Part shown: positions 28,593 through 40,800 of the stretch, in pieces
Layout: every line of letters starts with the position of its first letter
How positions within the stretch are numbered: the first letter of the stretch is position 1
From: Eledone cirrhosa
Lineage: Eukaryota
DNA: 64,000 nucleotides
Assembly (NCBI GenBank): GCA_964016885.1
Contig: OZ024763.1
Location: 24,986,001 to 25,050,000 of the forward strand
Direction of reading: 5' to 3'
The notes under the pieces: model-generated
What the model saw: only the letters and a program-made list of their open reading frames with translations
The model's database searches: none
What the model was told of the DNA's origin: nothing
Position numbers and translations under genes: made by a program

Positions 28593-29027
28593 TTTTTACT
28601 ACTATATCAAGCGTTAAACTGGTATATGTCACATATTTCTTGATTGTACTGTGTTGTTTACTTTGATGTTTCTATTTACTATTGCATATAAATATATACA
28701 GTATATTTAAAATTCCACGTGTACGCGATCTTAAATTTCATGATCCACTATATAGTAGGGGAACTGTCCCCTCAGTAGGTGCCAGAGGAAAATTAGTAAA
28801 ATACAAACACACACACACATATATATATATATACATATATATATACATACATATATATATATATATATAGACATATATATATATATATATACATATATAT
28901 GTATATATATACATATATATGTATATATATATATATATATATACATATATATACACATATATATATATATACATATATATACATATATATATATAATATA
29001 TATATATATACATATAAATGTATATAT

Positions 29028-29186
29028 ATATTGTTATACTTTGGGAGGGTCATGTTGCCAATAAGAAACACACGCACTGGTGCGTGTGTTTCTTATTGGC
29101 AACATGACCCTCCCAAAGTATAACAATATCGGTTTCAACACACGTTTTCAGATAAAGAATCTTGCTAAACAAATTCAGAAACGAAA
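29028..29186. mobile_element. Family E element with perfect ~100-bp hairpin head (29028-29129) in (TA)n
   Basis: ttgttatactttgggagggtcatgttgccaataagaaacacacgcac-tg-gtgcgtgtgtttcttattggcaacatgaccctcccaaagtataacaa. Confidence 0.8.
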
Positions 29187-29315
29187 TGTATATATATATA
29201 TATATATACATATATATACACATATATATATATATACATATATATATATACATATATATATATACAAATATATATATACATACACGCATATATATATACA
29301 TATATATATATATAC

Positions 29316-29390
<75 letters not shown>

Positions 29391-29409
29391 CATATATAAA
29401 TATATATAT

Positions 29410-29510
<101 letters not shown>

Positions 29511-29807
29511 ATTTAATTAATCGAATATTCCAGTAGGAAAAATATAATACTTCATATTTTCACAAACGTTTATTAAGTTTTGACACCATTTGTTACATTA
29601 ATTATTATTATTATTATTATTGTTGTTGTTGTTGTTGCTGACGTTTCTTCTTCTTTTTCTTTTTCTTTTTTTTTTCTTTTTCTTCTTCTTTTTCTTCTTC
29701 TTCTTCTTTTTCTTCTCCTTCTTCTTCTTCTACCCTTCACATGCACGTACGCATACAGACACATACATGGATTTAGACCAACCGAGACGTACAAATATGA
29801 CCAATGA

Positions 29808-29845
<38 letters not shown>

Positions 29846-29878
29846 GTATATATTTGTGTGTGTGTGTGTGTGGGTGTG

Positions 29879-29912
<34 letters not shown>

Positions 29913-30042
29913 GCTATTTATATGTATATTCAGTTCTGATCTCCTCATCTTAGTAACCTACATTCTACTGTATTGACTTCCAGGAGAGAGCAGGGTAAAA
30001 GAGCCTGTATGTTATGTATATATGTGTGTGAGTGAGTGTCTG

Positions 30043-30082
<40 letters not shown>

Positions 30083-30225
30083 AGCATGTCTGTATATGTG
30101 GCTCTATACATATACTGTGAATAACAAAGGCTTATATTAGGTATCAAATCTCTTTTCGTTCTCTTCACACATGTGCATCAAACTACCCTACTCTACACTC
30201 ATATACACACCATTAACATGGTGTG

Positions 30226-30258
<33 letters not shown>

Positions 30259-30279
30259 GGAGAGATAGATAGATATAAC

Positions 30280-30510
30280 GAAGGAAGTGTAGTAAGGAAC
30301 CAGGTGGACTATAACGGACCAGAGTACTCGACACTTAGGGTAGTAGAGTGGGTAATAGGAAAAGAGTCATAACCACGACGGCAGAGCTCAAGCCGTTTCG
30401 ACAGTTATTTCTGGACTAAATCAAATTTTTAGCTAAAAATTTGATTTAGTTCAGAAATAGCTGTCGAAACGGCTTGAGCTCTGCCGTCGGGGTTATGACT
30501 CTTTTCCTAT
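30280..30510. mobile_element. Family C element with 156-bp palindrome (30355-30510) centred on AGCT at 30431-30434
   Basis: Both arms carry GAAA cggc-ttgagctct-gccg TC. Confidence 0.8.
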
Positions 30511-30656
30511 ATATAGATATATAGATGTAATCTGTGTTTTTTCGAATATTAAAAATAATATTCGATTTGTTTGCAATTATGCAAACAAGCCTCATTTTTA
30601 AAGCCATGTCAGTAGAATGAGCCCCTCGTTCTTGCTCTTCTGTTGGAATGTAAACA

Positions 30657-30706
30657 GAACTGTAGACACTAATGTTTCTGGGTATTACCCTTCATCAGTA
30701 CTGTTC
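30657..30706 (-). ncRNA. Type I hammerhead ribozyme, intact core with GUC cleavage triplet
   Basis: Minus strand: gaacagta CTGATGA a-gggt-aat-accc-a GAAA cat-ta-gtg TC tacagttc. Confidence 0.8.
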
Positions 30707-30779
30707 ACTGTTTACCTGCCAACTGTCAGGGCTAGTGAAAATATATATTTTCTAAAATATACATTGACTGATCCGCCTG

Positions 30780-30853
30780 ATTTGCATATTAGAAGACTGG
30801 CTGATCAGTCATATCTGCATATTAGCAGATCCACTGATCAGCCAGATTTGCAT
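30780..30853. promoter_or_regulatory. Octamer motifs ATTTGCAT (30780, 30846) and ATCTGCAT (30813) in 33-bp subrepeats
   Basis: Exact POU octamer consensus; homologous ATTTGCAT at 3593; function is inferred. Confidence 0.4.
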
Positions 30854-31072
30854 ATCAGCAGACTGGCCAGTCAGTTTCTTTTATAGGAGCAATCAATGTC
30901 GGTCTTTGCCATATTCAAATAAAAAAAATGTTTTCTCGCTCTAAATGACTGAATACAATAAATGTAATCTGAGTTTTTCGAATATCAATAACAATATTCG
31001 ATTCGTTTGCAATTATGCAAACAAGCCTCATTTTTAAAGCCATGTCAGCAGAATGAACCCCTCATTCTTACC

Positions 31073-31147
<75 letters not shown>

Positions 31148-31528
31148 TGTATATATGTGTGCGTGTGTGTCAGTGAATGCGTATGCATACGTGTGAGTCC
31201 AGCTGTAGTAGTGTGTGTATGTAAGTGCCTATGTGCGCGTGTGTCTATATGTGTCTGAATGCGAGTGTTTGTGCGTACTTTTGTGTGCATACGTGTGTGT
31301 GTGTGTGTGTGTGTGTGACTAACTGAAGATCTATCGAGTCCTATACAAGTAGTTTACCAGGACGTGATATATTTTAAGTTGTAGGGATTCAAGTCTTCTG
31401 ACAAAAGTCACATTAATGTGTTGACCAGTGCTGTGCAGGTAGTGTAGATACTTACGACGCTCAACTCCACCCTTACCCCGTAGTCACATCTCTCAGAATG
31501 AGGTTAGATGGTGACGGCTTACTTTAGC

Positions 31529-31577
31529 CACCATTAAGCCGTTATGTCAGTGTGTGACAACGTAACGTGTGTGTGTG

Positions 31578-31609
<32 letters not shown>

Positions 31610-31670
31610 AGTGTGTGCCTCTGTGGCTGTGTATTTGAATAGTATATATATACATATGTGTGTGTCTGTG

Positions 31671-31705
<35 letters not shown>

Positions 31706-31811
31706 TATTCAAATACACAGCCACACACATACATACACACACATATATATATATATATATATACACATCACACGTTACGTTGTCACACACTGACATAACG
31801 GCTTAATGGTG
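31529..31811. repeat. Fold-back palindrome
   Basis: caccattaagccgttatgtcagtgtgtgacaacgtaacgtg is inverted at 31770-31811; inner gtggctgtgtatttgaatagt is also inverted. Confidence 0.9.
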
Positions 31812-31893
<82 letters not shown>

Positions 31894-31935
31894 TACAAAT
31901 ATTAATAAAATAGATGTTCTTTTGATCAATTACAA

Positions 31936-31987
31936 TTTATTATACATATTTCGGATGTACAACAGTATGTCGTCCTCATCAGACAAA
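31936..31987 (-). ncRNA. Type I hammerhead motif (family F, left arm)
   Basis: Minus strand: tttgt CTGATGA gga-cgacatactgttgtaca-tcc GAAA tatgta TA ataaa. Confidence 0.6.
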
Positions 31988-32093
31988 ATATAATGATACA
32001 TGACATACCCTGAGATGTTAAATGGTTAAGATTTACTACCTTGATTAAATCTTAACCATTTAACATCTCAGGGTATGTCATGTATCATTATAT

Positions 32094-32142
32094 TTTGTCT
32101 GATGAGAACGTACTGTTGTACATCCGAAATATGTATAATAAA
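32094..32142 (+). ncRNA. Type I hammerhead motif (family F, right arm; altered stem II)
   Basis: tttgt CTGATGA gaac-gtac-tgtt-gtac-atcc GAAA tatgta TA ataaa. Confidence 0.5.
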
Positions 32143-32282
32143 TTGTAATTGATCAAAAGAACATCTATTTTATTAATATTTGTATTTTAATATTAATAAC
32201 TCTGGAAAATTTTTAATGTAGAGTGCTTCCAATCTACTGTAAAACTCATTCTTTGATATACTCATTGAATCTTGTTTAACTC

Positions 32283-32374
<92 letters not shown>

Positions 32375-32376
<2 letters not shown>

Positions 32377-32773
32377 CCCCCCACTGATCTTATAGACATC
32401 TGTTAGCTTAAGAGATACTTAATGACAAGGAATGGTATGCCATCCGGAACCTGTTTATAGAATTCTGTCTGCCTTTGTTACTCTAAAAACAAAATTTAAT
32501 ATAAATAAACTATAGCTTTGTAGAATTAGCTTTTAATGAATTCCCTTTTCTATCAACCAATGACCTACACCCATCCCAATCCCCACCCTCTCCTACCACT
32601 TGTAGAGACCTATAAATACCATATTTATTTTTTGATACCCAGATTCCTGATGATTTCTAAAGAATGAAACAGTTCTAGTCCTGTAGAATCTCATCTATAT
32701 TAAAACTTTTATACTCTGCTATGTATTGAGTACCTTACTTACTGTGGTTACCTCCGATTCAACCCGGAATAAC
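32375..32773 (+). mobile_element. Family B element, longest copy, between (TA)n tracts, with CCAAT and TATA upstream of the HHR
   Basis: ccaat ~32557, tataaata ~32610, HHR at 32641; tail shared with 26424-26531; upstream region homologous to the reverse complement of 27254-27310. Confidence 0.7.
32641..32691 (+). ncRNA. Type I hammerhead ribozyme, intact core (family B)
   Basis: agattc CTGATGA tttctaaagaat GAAA cag-ttctagtc-ctg TA gaatct; predicted cleavage after A32685. Confidence 0.82.
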
Positions 32774-33675
32774 GTATATATATATATATATTGTGTATAT
32801 ATATATATATTGTGTATATATATAAATATATATATATATGTGTGTGTGTGTGTGTATTTATTTATATATATATATATGTGTGTGTGTATTTATAATTATA
32901 TATATATATATATATTGTGTATGTATATGTGTGTGTGTGTGTGTGTATTTATATATATTGTGTATATATATGTGTGTGTATTTATATATATATATATATA
33001 TTGTGTATATATATATGTGTGTATGTGTGTGTGTATTTATATATATATATACATATATTGTGTATATATATGTGTGTGTATACATATACACATACATGTG
33101 TACATATGCACATACATATATACATATTAGTTATTAGTATGTATACATGTGTGTGTGTGTTTGTGTCAGTGCATATGTGAGTCTCATTGTGTATGTGTGT
33201 GTATGTGAGGGTCAGTGTGTGTATGTTTATGCATGTATATGTGTCAGTGTGTGTGCATGCGTGTGTTTATGTCAATATATGACAAATATAATCGCCATAT
33301 TGTCCATTTCCTCAGTAATCTGTTAAAGCCAGTGTCTGTCAAATCATCCAGGGTGTTAATGTGTATGTGTGTATATGTTAATGTGTATGTATGAGTGTGT
33401 ATGTTAATGTGTATGTATGTGTGAGTGTGTGTTTGTATGTGTATATATATATATATATATGTGTATGTATGTGTGTGTATATGTTAACGTGTATGTATGT
33501 GTGTGTATATGTTAACGTGTATGTATGTATGTGTGTTTGTATATATATATAAATGTGTGTGTGTTAATGTGTATGTATGTGTGAGTATGTTTGTATATAT
33601 ATATATATATATAAATGTGTGTGTCTTAATGTATATTGTATGTGTGTGTGTTTATATATAAACATATATATATAT

Positions 33676-33740
<65 letters not shown>

Positions 33741-33922
33741 GATGTGTGTGGGAATGTGTCTTAATGTGTGTGTGTATCTGTTAAAACCAGTGACAGCCAG
33801 GTAAACCAGGTGAGATGTATTACTGACGTGGGAATAGCTGACAGTCAGTTATTGTTCTGCAAAGTTGTTCTGGACACTCCTGAACACAGAGACAGACAGA
33901 CAGACACATAGATATAGATACA

Positions 33923-34870
33923 TTTCTTTATTTGCCACAAGGGCGCACAAGGAAAGGGGACAAAACAAAGACATATGCCGGGGATTTTACATACAGTCAT
34001 GTAAAAATATTGAAACAAACAAATTAAACAATCGAAATCCCCAATAGGGGGGAAGCGCCACAAATGGGTTGTTTTATACTCCGTCGATAGAACAACCCTC
34101 AACCTCAGGAGCGTGTTGTGCAAGTGCTCCCTTCTTCCTTTTGCTCTCTTCTTCAACCTACAGGTTTATATACAGATAGGCAGAGAGATAGATAAATATA
34201 TTTCTTTATTTGCCACAAGGGCGCACAAGAAAAGGAGATAGATAGATAGATAGATAAACAAACAGATAAACAGACAGAAAGTCAGATTAATAGGTGGATA
34301 TTTAAATATACAGGTAGTTAGGTAGGTAGGTATGTAGATAGATATATAGACATATAGGTAGGTAGATAAATCGATACATAGATATATTTCTTTATTTGCC
34401 ACAAGGGCTCACAATAAAAGGCGACGATACAAAGACTTATGGCGGGGATTTTACATACAGTCGTGTAAAAAAAATTTAACATGAAAATATAACAATCGAA
34501 ATCCCCAATAGGGGGGAGGTGTTACAAATGGGTTGTTTTATACCCCGTAGATAGAACAACCCTCAACTCCAGGAGCGTGTTGTGCAAGTGCTCTTTTCTT
34601 CCTTTTGGTCTCTACATGGTTTATATACAGAGAAGGCCCAATCACTCGGGTCACTTTTGCCACACTGACATACTTTTCAGTAACTTTACTAGGGTGCAGT
34701 TCCTCTCTCTCCACTCTGATTCTCCTTCTGAAGTGGTACGTAAAGAAGGGATTGAGTTGTTGTCCGGAGAGAAAGGCATCTGTGATCAGTCCTCTCAACC
34801 TTGTCCACCATATAACCTCTTTCACCATAGCCACTATACAGAGGAAAACCGCCTCTCTTTCGTTTTTAAA
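33923..34870 (-). mobile_element. Stacked Tx1/L1-like LINE 3' ends (33923-34165, 34201-34231, 34387-34870)
   Basis: Three copies of tttctttatttgccacaagggc; ORF 34538-34834 AMVKEVIWWTR..LSGQQLNPFFTYHFRRRIRVERE resembles an L1/Tx1 ORF2 C-terminus (family assignment is inference). Confidence 0.65.
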
Positions 34871-34872
34871 TG

Positions 34873-37800
34873 AAGATGCTTTATTTCATGTTACTCCAGT
34901 TCACTGTGTCCTTCAACAAGACACTTTATTTCACGTTACTCCAGTCCACTATGTCCTTGAACAAGACACTTTATTTCACGTTACTCCAGTCCACTATGTC
35001 CTTCAGCAAGACATTTTATTTCACGTTACTCCAGTCCACTATGTCCTTCAACAAGACACTTTATTTCACGTTACTCCAGTCCACTATGTCCTTGAACAAG
35101 ACACTTTATTTCACGTTACTCCAGTCCACTGTGTCCTTGAACAACACACTTTATTTCACGTTACTGCAGTCCACTTTGTCCTTGAACAAGACATTTTATT
35201 TCACGTTACTCCAGTCCAGTATGTCCTTCAACAAGACACTTTATTTCACGTTACTCCAGTCCACTGTGTCCTTGAACAAGACACTTTATTTCACGTTACT
35301 CCAGTCCACTGTGTCCTTGAACAAGACACTTTATTTCACGTTACTCCAGTCCACTTTGTCCTTGAACAAGACACTTTATTTCACGTTACTCCAGTCCACG
35401 TTGTCCTTGAGCAAGACACTTTATTTCACGTTACTCCAGTCCACTATGTCCTTCAACAAGACACTTTATTTCACGTTACTCCAGTCCACGTTGTCCTTGA
35501 GCAAGACACTTTATTTCACGTTGTTCCAGTCCACTATGTCCTTGAACAAGACACTTTATTTCACGTTACTCCAGTCCACTATGTCCTTGAACAAGACACT
35601 TTATTTCACGTTACTCCAGTCCACTATGTCCTTGAACAAGACACTTTATTTCACGTTACTCCAGTCCACTATGTCCTTGAACAAGACACTTTATTTCACG
35701 TTACTCCAGTCCACTATGTCCTTGAACAAGACACTTTATTTCACGTTACTCCAGTCCACTATGTCCTTGAACAAGACACTTTATTTCACGTTACTCCAGT
35801 CCACTATGTCCTTGAACAAGACACTTTATTTCACGTTACTCCAGTCCACTATGTCCTTGAACAAGACACTTTATTTCACGTTACTCCAGTCCACTATGTC
35901 CTTGAACAAGACACTTTATTTCACGTTACTCCAGTCCACTATGTCCTTGAACAAGACACTTTATTTCACGTTACTCCAGTCCACTATGTCCTTGAACAAG
36001 ACACTTTATTTCACGTTACTCCAGTCCACTATGTCCTTGAACAAGACATTTTATTTCACGTTACTCCAGTCCACTATGTCCTTGAACAAGACACTTTATT
36101 TCACGTTACTCCAGTCCACTATGTCCTTGAACAAGACACTTTATTACACGTTACTCCAGTCCACTATGTCCTTGAACAAGACACTTTATTTCACGTTACT
36201 CCAGTCCACTATGTCCTTGAACAAGACACTTTATTTCACGTTACTCCAGTCCACTATGTCCTTGAACAAGACACTTTATTTCACGTTACTCCAGTCCACG
36301 TTGTCCTTGAGCAAGACACTTTATTTCACGTTGTTCCAGTCCACTGTGTCCTTGAACAAGACACTTTATTTCACGTTACTCCAGTCCACGTTGTCCTTGA
36401 GCAAGACACTTTATTTCACGTTACTCCAGTCCACGTTGTCCTTGAGCAAGACACTTTATTTCACGTTGTTCCAGTCCACTGTGTCCTTGAACAAGACACT
36501 TTATTTCACGTTACTCCAGTCCACTGTGTCCTTCAACAAGACACTTTATTTCACGTTACTCCAGTCCACTATGTCCTTGAACAAGACACTTTATTTCACG
36601 TTACTCCAGTCCACGTTGTCCTTGAACAAGACACTTTATTTCACGTTACTCCAGTCCACTATGTCCTTGAGCAAGACACTTTATTTCACGTTGTTCCAGT
36701 CCACTATGTCCTTCAACAAGACACTTTATTTCACGTTACTCCAGTCCACTGTGTCCTTGAACAAGACACTTTATTTCACGTTACTCCAGTCCACGTTGTC
36801 CTTGAACAAGACACTTTATTTCACGTTACTCCAGTCCACTGTGTCCTTGAACAAGACACTTTATTTCACGTTACTCCAGTCCACGTTGTCCTTGAGCAAG
36901 ACACTTTATTTCACGTTACTCCAAGACACTTTATTTCACGTTACTCCAGTCCACTGTGTCCTTGAGCAAGACACTTTATTTCACGTTACTCCAGTCCACG
37001 TTGTCCTTGAACAAGACACTTTATTTCACGTTACTCCAGTCCACTGTGTCCTTGAGCAAGACACTTTATTTCACGTTACTCCAGTCCACGTTGTCCTTGA
37101 ACAAGACACTTTATTTCACGTTATTCCAGTCCACTGTGTCCTTGAGCAAGACACTTTATTTCACGTTACTCCAGTCCACGTTGTCCTTGAACAAGACACT
37201 TTATTTCACGTTACTCCAGTCCACTGTGTCCTTGAACAAGACACTTTATTTCACGTTACTCCAGTCCACTATGTCCTTGAGCAAGACACTTTATTTCACG
37301 TTGCTCCAGTCCACTGTGTCCTTCAACAAGACACTTTATTACACGTTACTCCAGTCCAGTATGTCCTTCAACAAGACACTTTATTTCACGTTACTCCAGT
37401 CCACTATGTCCTTCAACAAGACACTTTATTTCACGTTACTCCAGTCCACTGTGTCCTTGAGCAAGACACTTTATTTCACGTTACTCCAGTCCACTGTGTC
37501 CTTGAACAAGACACTTTATTTCACGTTACTCCAGTCCACTGTGTCCTTGAACAAGACACTTTATTTCACGTTACTCCAGTCCACGTTGTCCTTGAGCAAG
37601 ACACTTTATTTCACGTTGTTCCAGTCCACTGTATCCTTGAGCAAGACACTTTATTTCACGTTGTTCCAGTCCACTGTATCCTTGAGCAAGACACTTTATT
37701 TCACGTTGTTCCAGTCCACTGTGTCCTTGAGCAAGACACTTTATTTCACGTTACTCCAGTCCACTGTGTCCTTGAGCAAGACACTTTATTTCACGTTACT

Positions 37801-40800
37801 CCAGTCCACTATGTCCTTCAACAAGACACTTTCTTTCACGTTACTCCAGTCCACTATGTCCTTGAGCAAGACACTTTATTTCACGTTACTCCAGTCCACT
37901 GTGTCCTTGAGCAAGACACTTTATTTCACGTTACTCCAGTCCACGTTGTCCTTGAACAAGACACTTTATTTCACGTTACTCCAGTCCTCTGTGTCCTTGA
38001 GCAAGACACTTTATTTCACGTTACTCCAGTCCACGTTGTCCTTGAACAAGACACTTTATTTCACGTTACTCCAGTCCACTGTGTCCTTGAACAAGACACT
38101 TTATTTCACGTTACTCCAGTCCACTATGTCCTTCAACAAGACACTTTATTTCACGTTACTCCAGTCCACTATGTCCTTGAACAAGACACTTTATTACACG
38201 TTGCTCCAGTCCACTGTGTCCTTGAGCAAGACACTTTATTTCACGTTACTCCAGTCCACTGTGTCCTTCAACAAGACACTTTATTTCACGTTACTCCAGT
38301 CCACGTTGTCCTTGAGCAAGACACTTTATTTCACGTTACTCCAGTCCAGTATGTCCTTGAGCAAGACACTTTATTTCACGTTACTCCAGTCCAGTATGTC
38401 CTTGAGCAAGACACTTTATTTCACGTTACTCCAGTCCAGTATGTCCTTGAACAAGACACTTTATTTCACGTTACTCCAGTCCACGTTGTCCTTGAGCAAG
38501 ACACTTTATTTCACGTTACTCCAGTCCAGTATGTCCTTGAGCAAGACACTTTATTTCACGTTACTCCAGTCCAGTATGTCCTTGAGCAAGACACTTTATT
38601 TCACGTTACTCCAGTCCAGTATGTCCTTGAACAAGACACTTTATTTCACGTTACTCCAGTCCAGTATGTCCTTGAGCAAGACACTTTATTTCACGTTACT
38701 CCAGTCCACTATGTCCTTCAGCAAGACATTTTATTTCACGTTACTCCAGTCCACTATGTCCTTCAACAAGACACTTTATTTCACGTTACTCCAGTCCACT
38801 ATGTCCTTGAACAAGACACTTTATTTCACGTTACTCCAGTCCACTTTGTCCTTGAACAAGACATTTTATTTCACGTTACTCCAGTCCAGTATGTCCTTCA
38901 ACAAGACACTTTATTTCACGTTACTCCAGTCCACTATGTCCTTGAACAAGACACTTTATTTCACGTTACTCCAGTCCACTGTGTCCTTGAACAAGACACT
39001 TTATTTCACGTTACTCCAGTCCACTGTGTCCTTGAACAAGACACTTTATTTCACGTTACTCCAGTCCACTGTGTCCTTGAGCAAGACACTTTATTTCACG
39101 TTACTCCAGTCCACTATGTCCTTCAACAAGACACTTTATTTCACGTTACTCCAGTCCACTATGTCCTTCAACAAGACACTTTATTTCACGTTACTCCAGT
39201 CCACTATGTCCTTCAACAAGACACTTTATTTCACGTTACTCCAGTCCACTGTGTCCTTGAACAAGACACTTTATTTCACGTTACTCCAGTCCACGTTGTC
39301 CTTGAGCAAGACACTTTATTTCACGTTGTTCCAGTCCACTGTATCCTTGAGCAAGACACTTTATTTCACGTTGTTCCAGTCCACTGTGTCCTTGAGCAAG
39401 ACACTTTATTTCACGTTACTCCAGTCCACTGTGTCCTTGAGCAAGACACTTTATTTCACGTTACTCCAGTCCACTATGTCCTTGAGCAAGACACTTTATT
39501 TCACGTTACTCCAGTCCACTGTGTCCTTGAGCAAGACACTTTATTTCACGTTACTCCAGTCCACTATGTCCTTCAACAAGACACTTTCTTTCACGTTACT
39601 CCAGTCCACTATGTCCTTGAGCAAGACACTTTATTTCACGTTACTCCAGTCCACTGTGTCCTTGAGCAAGACACTTTATTTCACGTTACTCCAGTCCACG
39701 TTGTCCTTGAACAAGACACTTTATTTCACGTTACTCCAGTCCACTGTGTCCTTGAGCAAGACACTTTATTTCACGTTACTCCAGTCCACGTTGTCCTTGA
39801 ACAAGACACTTTATTTCACGTTACTCCAGTCCACTGTGTCCTTGAACAAGACACTTTATTTCACGTTACTCCAGTCCACTATGTCCTTCAACAAGACACT
39901 TTATTTCACGTTACTCCAGTCCACTATGTCCTTGAACAAGACACTTTATTACACGTTGCTCCAGTCCACTATGTCCTTCAACAAGACACTTTATTTCACG
40001 TTACTCCAGTCCACGTTGTCCTTGAGCAAGACACTTTATTTCACGTTACTCCAGTCCAGTATGTCCTTGAGCAAGACACTTTATTTCACGTTACTCCAGT
40101 CCAGTATGTCCTTGAGCAAGACACTTTATTTCACGTTACTCCAGTCCAGTATGTCCTTGAACAAGACACTTTATTTCACGTTACTCCAGTCCACGTTGTC
40201 CTTGAGCAAGACACTTTATTTCACGTTACTCCAGTCCAGTATGTCCTTGAGCAAGACACTTTATTTCACGTTACTCCAGTCCAGTATGTCCTTGAGCAAG
40301 ACACTTTATTTCACGTTACTCCAGTCCAGTATGTCCTTGAACAAGACACTTTATTTCACGTTACTCCAGTCCAGTATGTCCTTGAGCAAGACACTTTATT
40401 TCACGTTACTCCAGTCCACTATGTCCTTCAGCAAGACATTTTATTTCACGTTACTCCAGTCCACTATGTCCTTGAACAAGACACTTTATTTCACGTTACT
40501 CCAGTCCAGTATGTCCTTGAGCAAGACACTTTATTTCACGTTACTCCAGTCCACTATGTCCTTCAGCAAGACATTTTATTTCACGTTACTCCAGTCCACT
40601 ATGTCCTTGAACAAGACACTTTATTTCACGTTACTCCAGTCCAGTATGTCCTTGAGCAAGACACTTTATTTCACGTTACTCCAGTCCACTATGTCCTTCA
40701 GCAAGACATTTTATTTCACGTTACTCCAGTCCACTATGTCCTTGAACAAGACACTTTATTTCACGTTACTCCAGTCCAGTATGTCCTTGAGCAAGACACT

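Larger units (their letters stand above)
30525..31070 (-). mobile_element. Retrozyme/pLTR-like unit of 437 bp with ~108-bp terminal direct repeat (family A)
   Basis: 30525-30633 is repeated at 30962-31069; internal HHR; three 33-bp-spaced octamer-like motifs. Confidence 0.65.
31884..32193. repeat. ~310-bp hairpin element (family F) between (TA)n tracts
   Basis: ~150-bp arms with a ~10-nt loop (ctaccttgat) near 32036-32045. Confidence 0.92.
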
